A stretch of 64,000 nt of DNA from Caecitellus pseudoparvulus (lineage: Eukaryota; Protista; Bigyra: Bicosoecida): NCBI GenBank assembly GCA_965644315.1, contig CBFFRQ010000066.1, positions 558,001 to 622,000 on the forward strand. Direction: 5' to 3'. Shown one piece after another: positions 56,022-64,000 of this stretch. Position 1 is the first letter of the stretch. Each line of letters opens with the position of its first letter. The notes beneath the pieces were generated by a model. The model was given only the letters and a program-made list of their open reading frames with translations. It searched no databases and was not told the origin of the DNA. The position numbers were made by a program, and so were the translations under genes.

Positions 56022-58607
56022 ATGGTGCGTGGGTGTGGGCATGGTGCCGCGCTTCCGCCAGCCCTTGCGACAGAGCGTGTCGCACACACTGGCCAGCACA
56101 CAACGCCCTGCCCCTCTCCCACACCACAGGCAGCAGCAACAGGACAAGTCATGGAGGGCGCTGCAGCACCCACTCCAGGCATCGACAGCACGCAGGCTGA
56201 GGTGGTGGCGGCATGCTTACGCAAGATGAAGTGCTTGCCGGGCAGTGTCATGGACCACGGCCCAGCACTGCGAGGACTGGCAGCCATTGGGCGTGGCGAG
56301 GCGCCTGATGCAGGCGACGCCCCATCGGTCATGAGCCTGGTGGAGCTGGAGGCTGCACTGCGTGATGCGGGGAGTGCGCTGTTGGAGCAGGCTGGGCTGC
56401 TGGCGGGGCAGCGTGAGCGAGGTGGTGTGTGTGCTGCGCTGCAGTACCTGTCGTTCCGGTGCTTCTGTGCGGTGCATGTGCTGCATCAGGCGGCATCTGG
56501 TGTGGGTGCCGATGCAGTGCCGGAGGGCGACGCACTGTGGGGCGCCATTGTGGGTGCTTGGGGCAGTGTACGGAGCGGTGTGAACGTGGAGGGTGCGCTG
56601 GCTGATCTGACGCGATGGTGGCAAGGCTTCGAGGTGGCGGATGTGGATGCGGCTAGTGAGGGTGGCCCCATCACACATAATGCTGGTGGCGAGGCAGCGA
56701 TGGATGCGGCCCTGGCTGGCATGCGGCAGCAGGCTGAGTGGCTGCGAGGCGAGGCGGCAGGCGATCTGACGAGTGAGAGTGCTGCGGAGCACTTGGAGTG
56801 TGCTTCGAGTGCAGTGGAGGAGCTGCGTGAGCTGTTGGGGTGTGCACTGGTGATAAGTGGTCGGAAGGTGAAGGCTGTGAGTGGGATGGACTTGTTGGGC
56901 GGCTTGGAGTGCCTGAGCGGCAAGGGTGTGAGTGTGTACAGTGGGAGGGTTGAGATCGTGGATGAGGATGTTGATGGAGCTGGGGATCTGGAGCAGTGGG
57001 CAGTGACTGTGAAGTCGGGTGCGAGGGCGCTTGCTGCAAGTGTTGGTGCCGTGAAGCGTGTTGAAGCGGCTCGCATCGCCCATGGACTGCCGCGGATGGC
57101 GCAGACTCCACGCAGAGCAGCACTAGCACACAGTATTTCCGCGGGCAGGGCTGATGAGCCGATTGGCGAGAGGAGTAGTGTCACAGTGCAGGTGCAGTGT
57201 GAGGCGGGGTGGCCGCTGAGGGTGTTCGTGGAGGATGAAGCGTGGGGCGATGTCGGGCTGGAGGTGAAGCTGCGCGTGGCTGTGAAGGTGCTGGGTGTGT
57301 GTGCTGTGGCGGAGGCGTGTGAAGTGGATGTGAGTGGCGTGAGTGTGGGGAGCTTTGTCGTGGTGGGTGTGGGAAGTGGCAGTGTGGGTGATCTGGTGGG
57401 GGCACTGGACGGAGGTGGGTGTGAGGTGGTGTTGAGTGCATGTGGTGGTGTGTGGGGCACAGGTGGATCTGGTGGTGGGAGCGGTGGTGAGGGTGTGTCG
57501 AGCGTGTTGCGTGAGGTGCTTGGTTTGGGAGGTGGCGCGTTGGGTGGCGATTCTAGCGTTGGGTCACTGTTCGTGGGCAGTGGTGAAGGTGGCGAACATT
57601 CACTGACAAGTGCGTTGGAGGTGTTGGCGCGAGGAGGGAGTGGTTGTTGCATGGGTGCATATGCAATGGCGTGTGTAGGAAGTGAGGGAGGAGTGGAGCG
57701 CCTAGGAGGTGTGGAGAGTGCTGTGCGGAGTGTGTTTGGTCGAGAGCAAGTAGCTGCTGCGACGCGTCGGACGCAGTCGGCTGGTGCAGCACGTCGGACA
57801 CAGGCAGCCGAAGCTGCGGCAGCACCAGCTGCAGAGTCGGAGCCAGCCCCTGAGCAAGTGAAACTTAGTGAGGAGAATACCACTGCATTTGTGAGAGCGT
57901 GCAAGGATGGCAAACTTTCACGGGTGCGTATGCTGCTGGCCCTCACTGGGGCGCGGGAAGTGGATGTACACGCGGCGGACAAGAATGGCCCTGAGGCCGC
58001 CTTCCGACTGGCATGCGCCAATGGCCGCAAAGACATCGTGTGCGAGCTGCTAAGTCTGACTGGGGCGCGGGAAGTGGATGTGCACGCAGCAGATAAGGAT
58101 GGCCCTGAGGCCGCCTTCCGGTGGGCATGCCGCTGGGGCCACACAGACATCGTGCGCGAGCTGTTGGCCTTGACTGGGGCGCGGGAGGTGGATGTGCACG
58201 CGGCGGATAGGTGTGGACCTGAGGCTGCCTTCCGAGTGGCATGCTTCAACGGTAACACAGACATCGCGTGTGAGCTGCTGGCCCTGACTGGGGCGCGGGA
58301 GGTGGATGTGCACGCGGCGGATGAGGATGGACCTGAGGCCGCCTTCCGAGTGGCATGCAAGGGTGGCCACACAGACATCGTGCGTGAGCTGCTGGGCCTG
58401 AACGGGGCACGAACAGTGGATGCGCGTGCGAGGGATAGGGATGGACCTGGGGCCGCCTTCAGAGAGGCATGCCGCTGGGGCCACTCAGACATCGTGCGTG
58501 AGCTGTTGGCCCTCACTGGCGATCGCAGGATCCCATACAGCGTGCGGCAGCAAGCAGCCGAGTATGAAAGCTCTCAGAGACTTGATCTGATTCATCCCCT
58601 CAAATGA
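56022..58607 (+). CDS. Ankyrin-repeat protein with G/V/S-rich N-terminal region
   Basis: Tandem 38-aa ankyrin units LLALTGAREVDVHAADxxGPEAAFRxACxxGHTDIVRE at the C-terminus. Confidence 0.75.
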   Translation: MVRGCGHGAALPPALATERVAHTGQHTTPCPSPTPQAAATGQVMEGAAAPTPGIDSTQAEVVAACLRKMKCLPGSVMDHGPALRGLAAIGRGEAPDAGDAPSVMSLVELEAALRDAGSALLEQAGLLAGQRERGGVCAALQYLSFRCFCAVHVLHQAASGVGADAVPEGDALWGAIVGAWGSVRSGVNVEGALADLTRWWQGFEVADVDAASEGGPITHNAGGEAAMDAALAGMRQQAEWLRGEAAGDLTSESAAEHLECASSAVEELRELLGCALVISGRKVKAVSGMDLLGGLECLSGKGVSVYSGRVEIVDEDVDGAGDLEQWAVTVKSGARALAASVGAVKRVEAARIAHGLPRMAQTPRRAALAHSISAGRADEPIGERSSVTVQVQCEAGWPLRVFVEDEAWGDVGLEVKLRVAVKVLGVCAVAEACEVDVSGVSVGSFVVVGVGSGSVGDLVGALDGGGCEVVLSACGGVWGTGGSGGGSGGEGVSSVLREVLGLGGGALGGDSSVGSLFVGSGEGGEHSLTSALEVLARGGSGCCMGAYAMACVGSEGGVERLGGVESAVRSVFGREQVAAATRRTQSAGAARRTQAAEAAAAPAAESEPAPEQVKLSEENTTAFVRACKDGKLSRVRMLLALTGAREVDVHAADKNGPEAAFRLACANGRKDIVCELLSLTGAREVDVHAADKDGPEAAFRWACRWGHTDIVRELLALTGAREVDVHAADRCGPEAAFRVACFNGNTDIACELLALTGAREVDVHAADEDGPEAAFRVACKGGHTDIVRELLGLNGARTVDARARDRDGPGAAFREACRWGHSDIVRELLALTGDRRIPYSVRQQAAEYESSQRLDLIHPLK
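57870..58520 (+). repeat. 114-bp ankyrin tandem repeat (about 5-6 units)
   Basis: Unit starts recur at 57942, 58056, 58170, 58284, 58398 and 58512. Confidence 0.9.
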
Positions 58608-58770
58608 AGGCCAATGCACAATGTGGCAAACCTGAGACCCACCTCAGGCCACTATACACTTCAATCCACCACACGCAGTACAGCATCGCACCTCACCACC
58701 ATCTCCACACACCCCTCGCTCCCTAACCTGCATTGTTCACCCCTCCATACACCGACAGCTCTCACGTCTC

Positions 58771-60140
58771 TCACTCCTCCCTCCCCCGCTTCCTGCCCTT
58801 CCCACCACCGCCCCGCAGCACCTTCAGCTTGTCCATGCGCTTCGCCACGTGCCGCTTCTTCGCCTGTGCCTTCCGGCTCCGACACCCTGCAGCTGCTGCC
58901 GGGTTCACCACCGCCTCCTGCGCCACCTGCTTCGCCCGCCGCTCCTTCGCCGCCGCCCTGGCCCGCCGCTCGCCGTTGTACGCCGTCAGGAACACATCTG
59001 CGCCCATGGCACCCTGCACCGCCTCCATGACCTCCGACGCCAAGGCCCCTGCCTCCGACGCAGCGGCCGCCTGCTGGCCTTGCTCTGACCAGGATGGCGC
59101 GTCGGCCAGGCGGGGGTCGCTGGCCACGTGCTCTGCCGCCTGCACAGTGCGGAACACTGCCCGCGCCATCGGCACCACGTAGCGCTGCAGGTCTGCCTGC
59201 GGCAAGTGCCCAGCCATGGCCCCAAACACGATCAGAGCTGTGGTGGCCGCCGGCCCACCCTTGTGCACTGCCGTGTTGCTGAGGCGCTGCAGCAGCCAGA
59301 ACAGCGGGTCACGCGCTCTCCCGTCGCCGTCGTTGTGGGCGGTGTGTGTGGAGGGCGGGCTGTCCCGCTGCACTGCCTTGCCGCCCACCACCTCCACGCC
59401 ACCCACGAGCAGGGTGGACTTGCCGGCCAAGCGAGCCGTGCGCTTGGCGAGGTGGGGCGGGATGGTGTTGCGGGAGCTGGGCGGCGTCGTGGCGTACAGC
59501 CCCACCGCCGTGAACAGCAGCACCGGCGCCAGAGCCGTGCCCTGCTCCCTGCTCAGCGTCCCGTCCGCCAGCTGCACACAGGCTGCCCGGGCCAGGGCGA
59601 ACAGGCGCTCATCCCCAGCCAGCCACGCCGCCACGCCAGGCGGTGGAGGGCAGCTCCTCACGCTCGCTACTGCCACGGTGTTCAGGACGGCGCCCAGCCA
59701 CCTGGCCGCTGCAGCCCGCACCCACGCGTGACGGAACACCATGATGTCGGTCAGGGCATCAAGTGACGTCCGCAGTCAACTGTGCAGTGTGGCAGGAGTG
59801 GTGGTGGTAGCGTCTGACTCCTGCGCCTTCCCTGCCTTACGCCGCCGCTTCGTGCCGCTGGCAGGCGGACTACCACCGCAACTGCCACCGGCACCAGCTG
59901 CCGCCTCACTCAGCACACGGGGATGTGCCTCCCACAGACGCTGCAGGAGGGTGCAGGCGTAGTATGCCGTGTCCCACAGCAGGGCTGCGGCAGCCTTGCG
60001 GGCCTGCGCCTGAGCCGCACGCCGCGCAGCCACGGCAGGCGTCACCACACGCCCCCACCTATCCACATCCCCGTCACACCTGGCATCACTGTCGTCACCC
60101 TCCAACTCCCCGCCGCCACCCGCCACTCCACTCGGCACGG
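58771..60140 (-). pseudogene. UTP20: 5'-truncated UTP20-like C-terminal fragment with in-frame stop
   Basis: WDTAYYACTLL, FRHAWVRAAAARWLG, LASEVMEAVQGAMGADVFLTAYN..AVVNPAAAA resemble the UTP20 C-terminus. In-frame TGA at 59776-59778. Only ~450 codons present. Confidence 0.65.
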
Positions 60141-60414
60141 CACGTGTACTGTCACACGCACTGGCCTGCCCCTGCTTACTCGCCCCAGGTTTTACCTCTC
60201 AGAACCTTTGCTATCCACTCATTCGGTCGAGCAGATGCAGACATGTTAGAGATTCCTGATCGCTTGTGCTAAAAATCCGAAAACAACAATACAGGCAAAT
60301 ACGAGCAATATACGTCTACAATACATAACATTCGCAGTGCCCAGGAATCGGCTGCAGTGTGCAGGGGGGGTGGAAAGAAAGTTGGTGGCGTTTCGGGGGT
60401 GTTTCACCTTAGCT

Positions 60415-63279
60415 ATGAACCGCGTCATCAGCGCCATCTTCCGGCCCCAGCATGGCCAACAGGGGGGCGCCGCGGGCTTTGAGGATGACGATCGACGCAA
60501 TGAAGGCCGTGGGCGGCAGCAGCGGTCCGTATCGGACATGGGTGCGGGTGCTCAGCTGCCACAAGGCACATCCGCAGCAATGAGCTCAGTCCCTGGCTCA
60601 GGGGGCCTGCCCTCGTACGGCCGCCACAACAGCTCTCTGTCAGACTTCGACGGTCTGTCGCAGTCATCTAATGACACCAGTGATGCGCTGTCGCAGCACA
60701 CGGCCCCAGAGGCGACACCCAGCCGCGGTCGGGCAGCCTCCGCCGTGCCTCGCACCACGCCTCTGGCACACACGCTGGACCAGGCTGCTCGTCAGGCAGT
60801 GAGTGGCTTGTCTTCTCTGCTGGGCATGCACGTTTCTTCCTCTCGACAAGGGGGTCGGGGAAGCTCCGCCGGACGCGAACGCCGCCGGGTGGCGCGCGCT
60901 GCGTTGCAGCAGGAGGCACGGCATTTGTACAGACTGCAGGGGCTGCGGCGGCACCGTTTTTCCGCCCTGAAACTGCTCATGTACACGCTGCGCCTGTCTC
61001 TTCGTTCGGGCGCTGCCGCGTGGACGGTCAAGGCCGCTGTGGGGTTCATGTTGGCGTTGGTGAAGCGGCGAGGGTTTCGGTCGGCGTTTCGCAGCGTGGT
61101 GGCGCTGGACAACCTCCGCTTCGGTGGCTTCGTCGCGGCTCTCGTGGCAATTGCGACGGGTGTCAAGTACGCCTTGCGTGTCTTGCGTCAGCGCGCGGAC
61201 TGGGTGAACGCGGCTGTGGGCGGGGCTGTGGCCGGCACGGCCATGTTGCTGGATTCTCCGCACCGGCGAACCGGTATCGCACTTTTTGTCGCAGTGCGAG
61301 CGGGCTACGCTCTCGTGCACACAGCCATGCGCCAGCAGTGGCTGCAACGCAGGGATTCCGCCGTGTTCTGGGTGTTTGCAGTGGCCAATGCGCCCCTCAC
61401 GTACGCTGCCATCCTGGAGCCGTATTTGCTGGAGCCTGGCTATCGCGGGTGGATGTTCGGCATGGGCGGCATCGACAAGTGCGTCATGGACAGCATGGTT
61501 AGGGAAGCATACTGGGGCATCTCTGCCGACACACTCCCTGCCCTGTACAGCCTGGCTGCCGCGGTGGGCAGCAAGCACACTGGGAAACACGCTGATGCTG
61601 CCGCGGCGCTGGCAGGGTCAGCGGCGGGCACTGGTGCAGTGGCCGGTGCACTGACGGTGTACGGGGTGGGCAGTGGACTAGGGCGGCGCAGCGCCTCTGC
61701 CTGTGGTGTACCCGCTCAAGGCTGGGTGGGCGGAGTCATGGGCCCACCAGGGACGCTGCCGCCTGCCGCGCGAAACGCCCGGCCTGCCGCCACATCCGCC
61801 CTGTACGATGGCCTGGCACTGCACAAGCTGCCGTGGATTGTGCGGGCACCCTTGAAGTACTTGCTAGACACACCCACGACTGCCACGTCTCTGGCGCTGG
61901 CGCATCGCCGCGCCGTCGCCACGTCGCTGCTGACGCCGCTGGCACAGCAGCAGCGGCACCGCGCGGCAGTCACGGGCGGACTGGACCGATCACGCGAGCA
62001 GGGGGCGGCGCTAGTGCGGTACCAAGCAGCTGACACCCCTCGACATGCCCGGGCGGCCGTGGCTGAGCGCCTGTATCGTACCGACGCGCTGGTGGACTGT
62101 GTTGGCGACTCGGACGCTGCTGGGCAGGTCGCACTGTCGCAGCTGGGTCGCACGCCGCCGTCCCTGCTCGCAGCAGCTGCCGCACAGCCCCACCTGTACT
62201 CTGGACCAGCACACCAGGCAGCCTACCGAGCTGTGCGGTGTCACAAGCCCGCTGCGGCAGGTGCCCCCGCGCGTCGCGGCCCGTCAGCCTCGTCGCAGTC
62301 GACGAGCCTGCTACGAGCAGGGCGTGTTCCGGTTGTGGATGTGGATGCCGCTGTGCGGCACGGGCAGTGCGGCTGTGGAGGAGATGATCGCAGCGCGAGC
62401 TCCCTGCGGCAAGCCCTGCACGCAGTCATGGGGCAGCGAAGCGGGCGCAGAGGTAGCACCAAACTGGAGAAGGGTGGTGGTTTGCCCACCACTGACGCAG
62501 CCGTACCTATTCTGCCATTGCCCCTGCCGCCAGAGCTGCTGTCCGTGGCTCCAGCGGACCTGTTTCCCGGCGTGCGTGTGGGGCCGCCGGTGTTCAAGCC
62601 CTGCCGTCATGCGTGGCACGGCGGTCGCAGCTGCCTGGTCGCACACGTCGCCGACCTGCCACGCGCCTTCGCAGCCGCTTGCCGCATGTACGCGCCCATC
62701 CACATGGTGCCGCTCGTCTTGTTCCGAGCTGGAACACTGTGGAAGGCGCCCCTCACCAGCCTGCGCAAGGCCGTGCGGGCGGTGTACCAGTCAGCTGCCT
62801 TCCTCACGGTGTACGTGTTCTGCGTGCGTGCAGGTGCGTGCTTGGCTCGCCACATCGTCGGGCCACACTTGGCCTGGTGGCAGTTCGCGGGCATTGCGCC
62901 CTTTGCTGCGCTGGGGCTGGCATTCGAGAGCCCCAAGCGCAACTCTGAGCTGACGCTGTACACCCTCATGCGTGGGCTGGACGTTGTGTGGCAGTTGCTG
63001 GAGCGGGAGGGGTGGGTGGCACGCCTAGCACATGGGGAGGTGGCGCTGTTCGCGGCGTCCATGGCGCTGCTGCTGGCACTGCCCCGGTCGGACTTCAAGT
63101 CCACGTACAGGTCTGTGTTGAACTTCATGTTTGGCACGCACAAGGATGCTCGGAGCCTGGTGGCCGAGTTGCCGCCTGGCGCCGAGCGTGTGCACGACAC
63201 GCCGACGCTGCTCGCTCTGGCGGCCCCGCCCGCCGCTGAGCTCAGCGCCTTGCACCTGCCGTCTGCTGCAATGCATTGA
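60415..63279 (+). CDS. TMEM135: TMEM135-like membrane protein with long internal insertion
   Basis: LRFGGFV..NAAVGGAVAG..RRTGIALFVAVRA..LEPYLLEPGY, then C..H..C, YAPIHMVP, SAAFL, ESPKRNSELTLY. Confidence 0.8.
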   Translation: MNRVISAIFRPQHGQQGGAAGFEDDDRRNEGRGRQQRSVSDMGAGAQLPQGTSAAMSSVPGSGGLPSYGRHNSSLSDFDGLSQSSNDTSDALSQHTAPEATPSRGRAASAVPRTTPLAHTLDQAARQAVSGLSSLLGMHVSSSRQGGRGSSAGRERRRVARAALQQEARHLYRLQGLRRHRFSALKLLMYTLRLSLRSGAAAWTVKAAVGFMLALVKRRGFRSAFRSVVALDNLRFGGFVAALVAIATGVKYALRVLRQRADWVNAAVGGAVAGTAMLLDSPHRRTGIALFVAVRAGYALVHTAMRQQWLQRRDSAVFWVFAVANAPLTYAAILEPYLLEPGYRGWMFGMGGIDKCVMDSMVREAYWGISADTLPALYSLAAAVGSKHTGKHADAAAALAGSAAGTGAVAGALTVYGVGSGLGRRSASACGVPAQGWVGGVMGPPGTLPPAARNARPAATSALYDGLALHKLPWIVRAPLKYLLDTPTTATSLALAHRRAVATSLLTPLAQQQRHRAAVTGGLDRSREQGAALVRYQAADTPRHARAAVAERLYRTDALVDCVGDSDAAGQVALSQLGRTPPSLLAAAAAQPHLYSGPAHQAAYRAVRCHKPAAAGAPARRGPSASSQSTSLLRAGRVPVVDVDAAVRHGQCGCGGDDRSASSLRQALHAVMGQRSGRRGSTKLEKGGGLPTTDAAVPILPLPLPPELLSVAPADLFPGVRVGPPVFKPCRHAWHGGRSCLVAHVADLPRAFAAACRMYAPIHMVPLVLFRAGTLWKAPLTSLRKAVRAVYQSAAFLTVYVFCVRAGACLARHIVGPHLAWWQFAGIAPFAALGLAFESPKRNSELTLYTLMRGLDVVWQLLEREGWVARLAHGEVALFAASMALLLALPRSDFKSTYRSVLNFMFGTHKDARSLVAELPPGAERVHDTPTLLALAAPPAAELSALHLPSAAMH

Positions 63280-63298
63280 GAGCCACCCAGGCCACGCC

Positions 63299-64000
63299 CT
63301 ACAGCACCTTTGCCCGGCGCTCCTCCACCCGGCGCACCACCTCCGGCAGGGCCTTGCCGAGGTTCCCCGCGATGTGTTCCTGCAGTTTGTGCGGCAGGGA
63401 GAGCAGCAGTTCGCACAGGTCGCCGTCCAGGACGCGCTTGACGGGGATGAAGGCGCCTCGGTAGGCCATGTGGTCGCGGCCCAGCAGGGAGCACGCCTTT
63501 TCGTTCCGAAGGTACAGCTCCAGGTGTGTGAAGAAGTCAACTTCCGCTTGGGACACGCAGGGCGCCAGGGCGCCAATGCGGCCGGCAATGGTCGCGTAGA
63601 GGATGACTTCCTGCCCCCCAGGCATGAGTGCTTTGCGCAGGGAGGTGACGACTTCGCCCACGTGGAAGTGCGCCAGGACGTTGAGTTTGTTGGGGGCACC
63701 GCCCAGAGCGCTGCCGCCCCACAGGGCTCCCGTTCCCGCGTCCGCCCCGCCGTCCTCTGTGTAGTCCGGCGGCAGGCGCAGCACTGCGACGTTGCCAAAG
63801 CGGTCTGCGACGGTGACTGTGTCGTGGTCCAGCAGCGTCATGGCCGTCGTGGCGCGGGGGTACGTGTCGTCTGCGAAAACGGCGAAACGCCCCGAGCCCC
63901 GGTTGAACCGCACGAACGACACACTCTCGGCGGCGTCTCCCACGAACACGCGGTCGCCCGACGTCAGCAGCCGCGTGATGGCGGTGGGGAACGGCCTGCT
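63299..64000 (-). CDS. SF3B3: Splicing factor 3B subunit 3, 3' end (5' part outside window)
   Basis: FADDTYPR, DRFGN, HFHVGE, GRDHMAYRG..PVK.VLDGDLCE. Confidence 0.93.
   Translation of the reverse strand, partial: SRPFPTAITRLLTSGDRVFVGDAAESVSFVRFNRGSGRFAVFADDTYPRATTAMTLLDHDTVTVADRFGNVAVLRLPPDYTEDGGADAGTGALWGGSALGGAPNKLNVLAHFHVGEVVTSLRKALMPGGQEVILYATIAGRIGALAPCVSQAEVDFFTHLELYLRNEKACSLLGRDHMAYRGAFIPVKRVLDGDLCELLLSLPHKLQEHIAGNLGKALPEVVRRVEERRAKVL

Noticed and set aside
59776-59778. TGA recoding (selenocysteine or alternative genetic code)
   Set aside because: TGA terminates many neighbouring genes and the locus is also 5'-truncated, so a nonsense mutation is simpler.
10900-64000. Hundreds of overlapping ORFs in the GC-rich region (e.g. 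56486-58516, 27873-29066, 39691-40995)
   Set aside because: Expected from stop-codon scarcity at high GC; they overlap recognisable genes and lack motifs.

Overview
Two compositionally distinct parts. (1) Positions 1 to ~10880 are very AT-rich (roughly 25-30% GC by eye), intronless and gene-dense. They look like the right-hand part of an integrated Polinton-like virus (PLV) or virophage-like element. The genes are a fibre-like repeat protein (not in the ORF track, running off the left edge), a penton-like minor capsid protein, a major capsid protein, an A32/FtsK-HerA packaging ATPase, a large core-like protein, a class-3 lipase, small ORFs and a GIY-YIG endonuclease. A repeat-rich non-coding terminus follows. 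The GIY-YIG gene appears to have split a PD-(D/E)xK nuclease gene into two separate ORFs. Several viral genes carry a TCTA motif just upstream of the ATG, like the CroV late/mavirus promoter. The element appears to be inserted inside a large host coiled-coil gene. (2) Positions ~10880 to 64000 are GC-rich (roughly 65% by eye), compact protist nuclear DNA with mostly ~70-nt GT-AG introns. A heterotrophic stramenopile such as a bicosoecid is a plausible host but this is unproven. Genes: THOC5, adenylate kinase, enoyl-CoA isomerase, SPFH protein, RIO1, a Zn2Cys6 transcription factor, U2SURP, saccharopine-dehydrogenase-like protein, three tandem PIN-LIKES transporters, sterol glucosyltransferase, a BAH-ELM2-SANT-PAH protein, an acylated acidic repeat protein, FHA kinase, LysRS, DEAH helicase, Obg GTPase, NAA10, an ankyrin protein next to a UTP20 pseudogene fragment, TMEM135 and the SF3B3 3' end. 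All family calls come from motif recognition by eye; no database searches were run.
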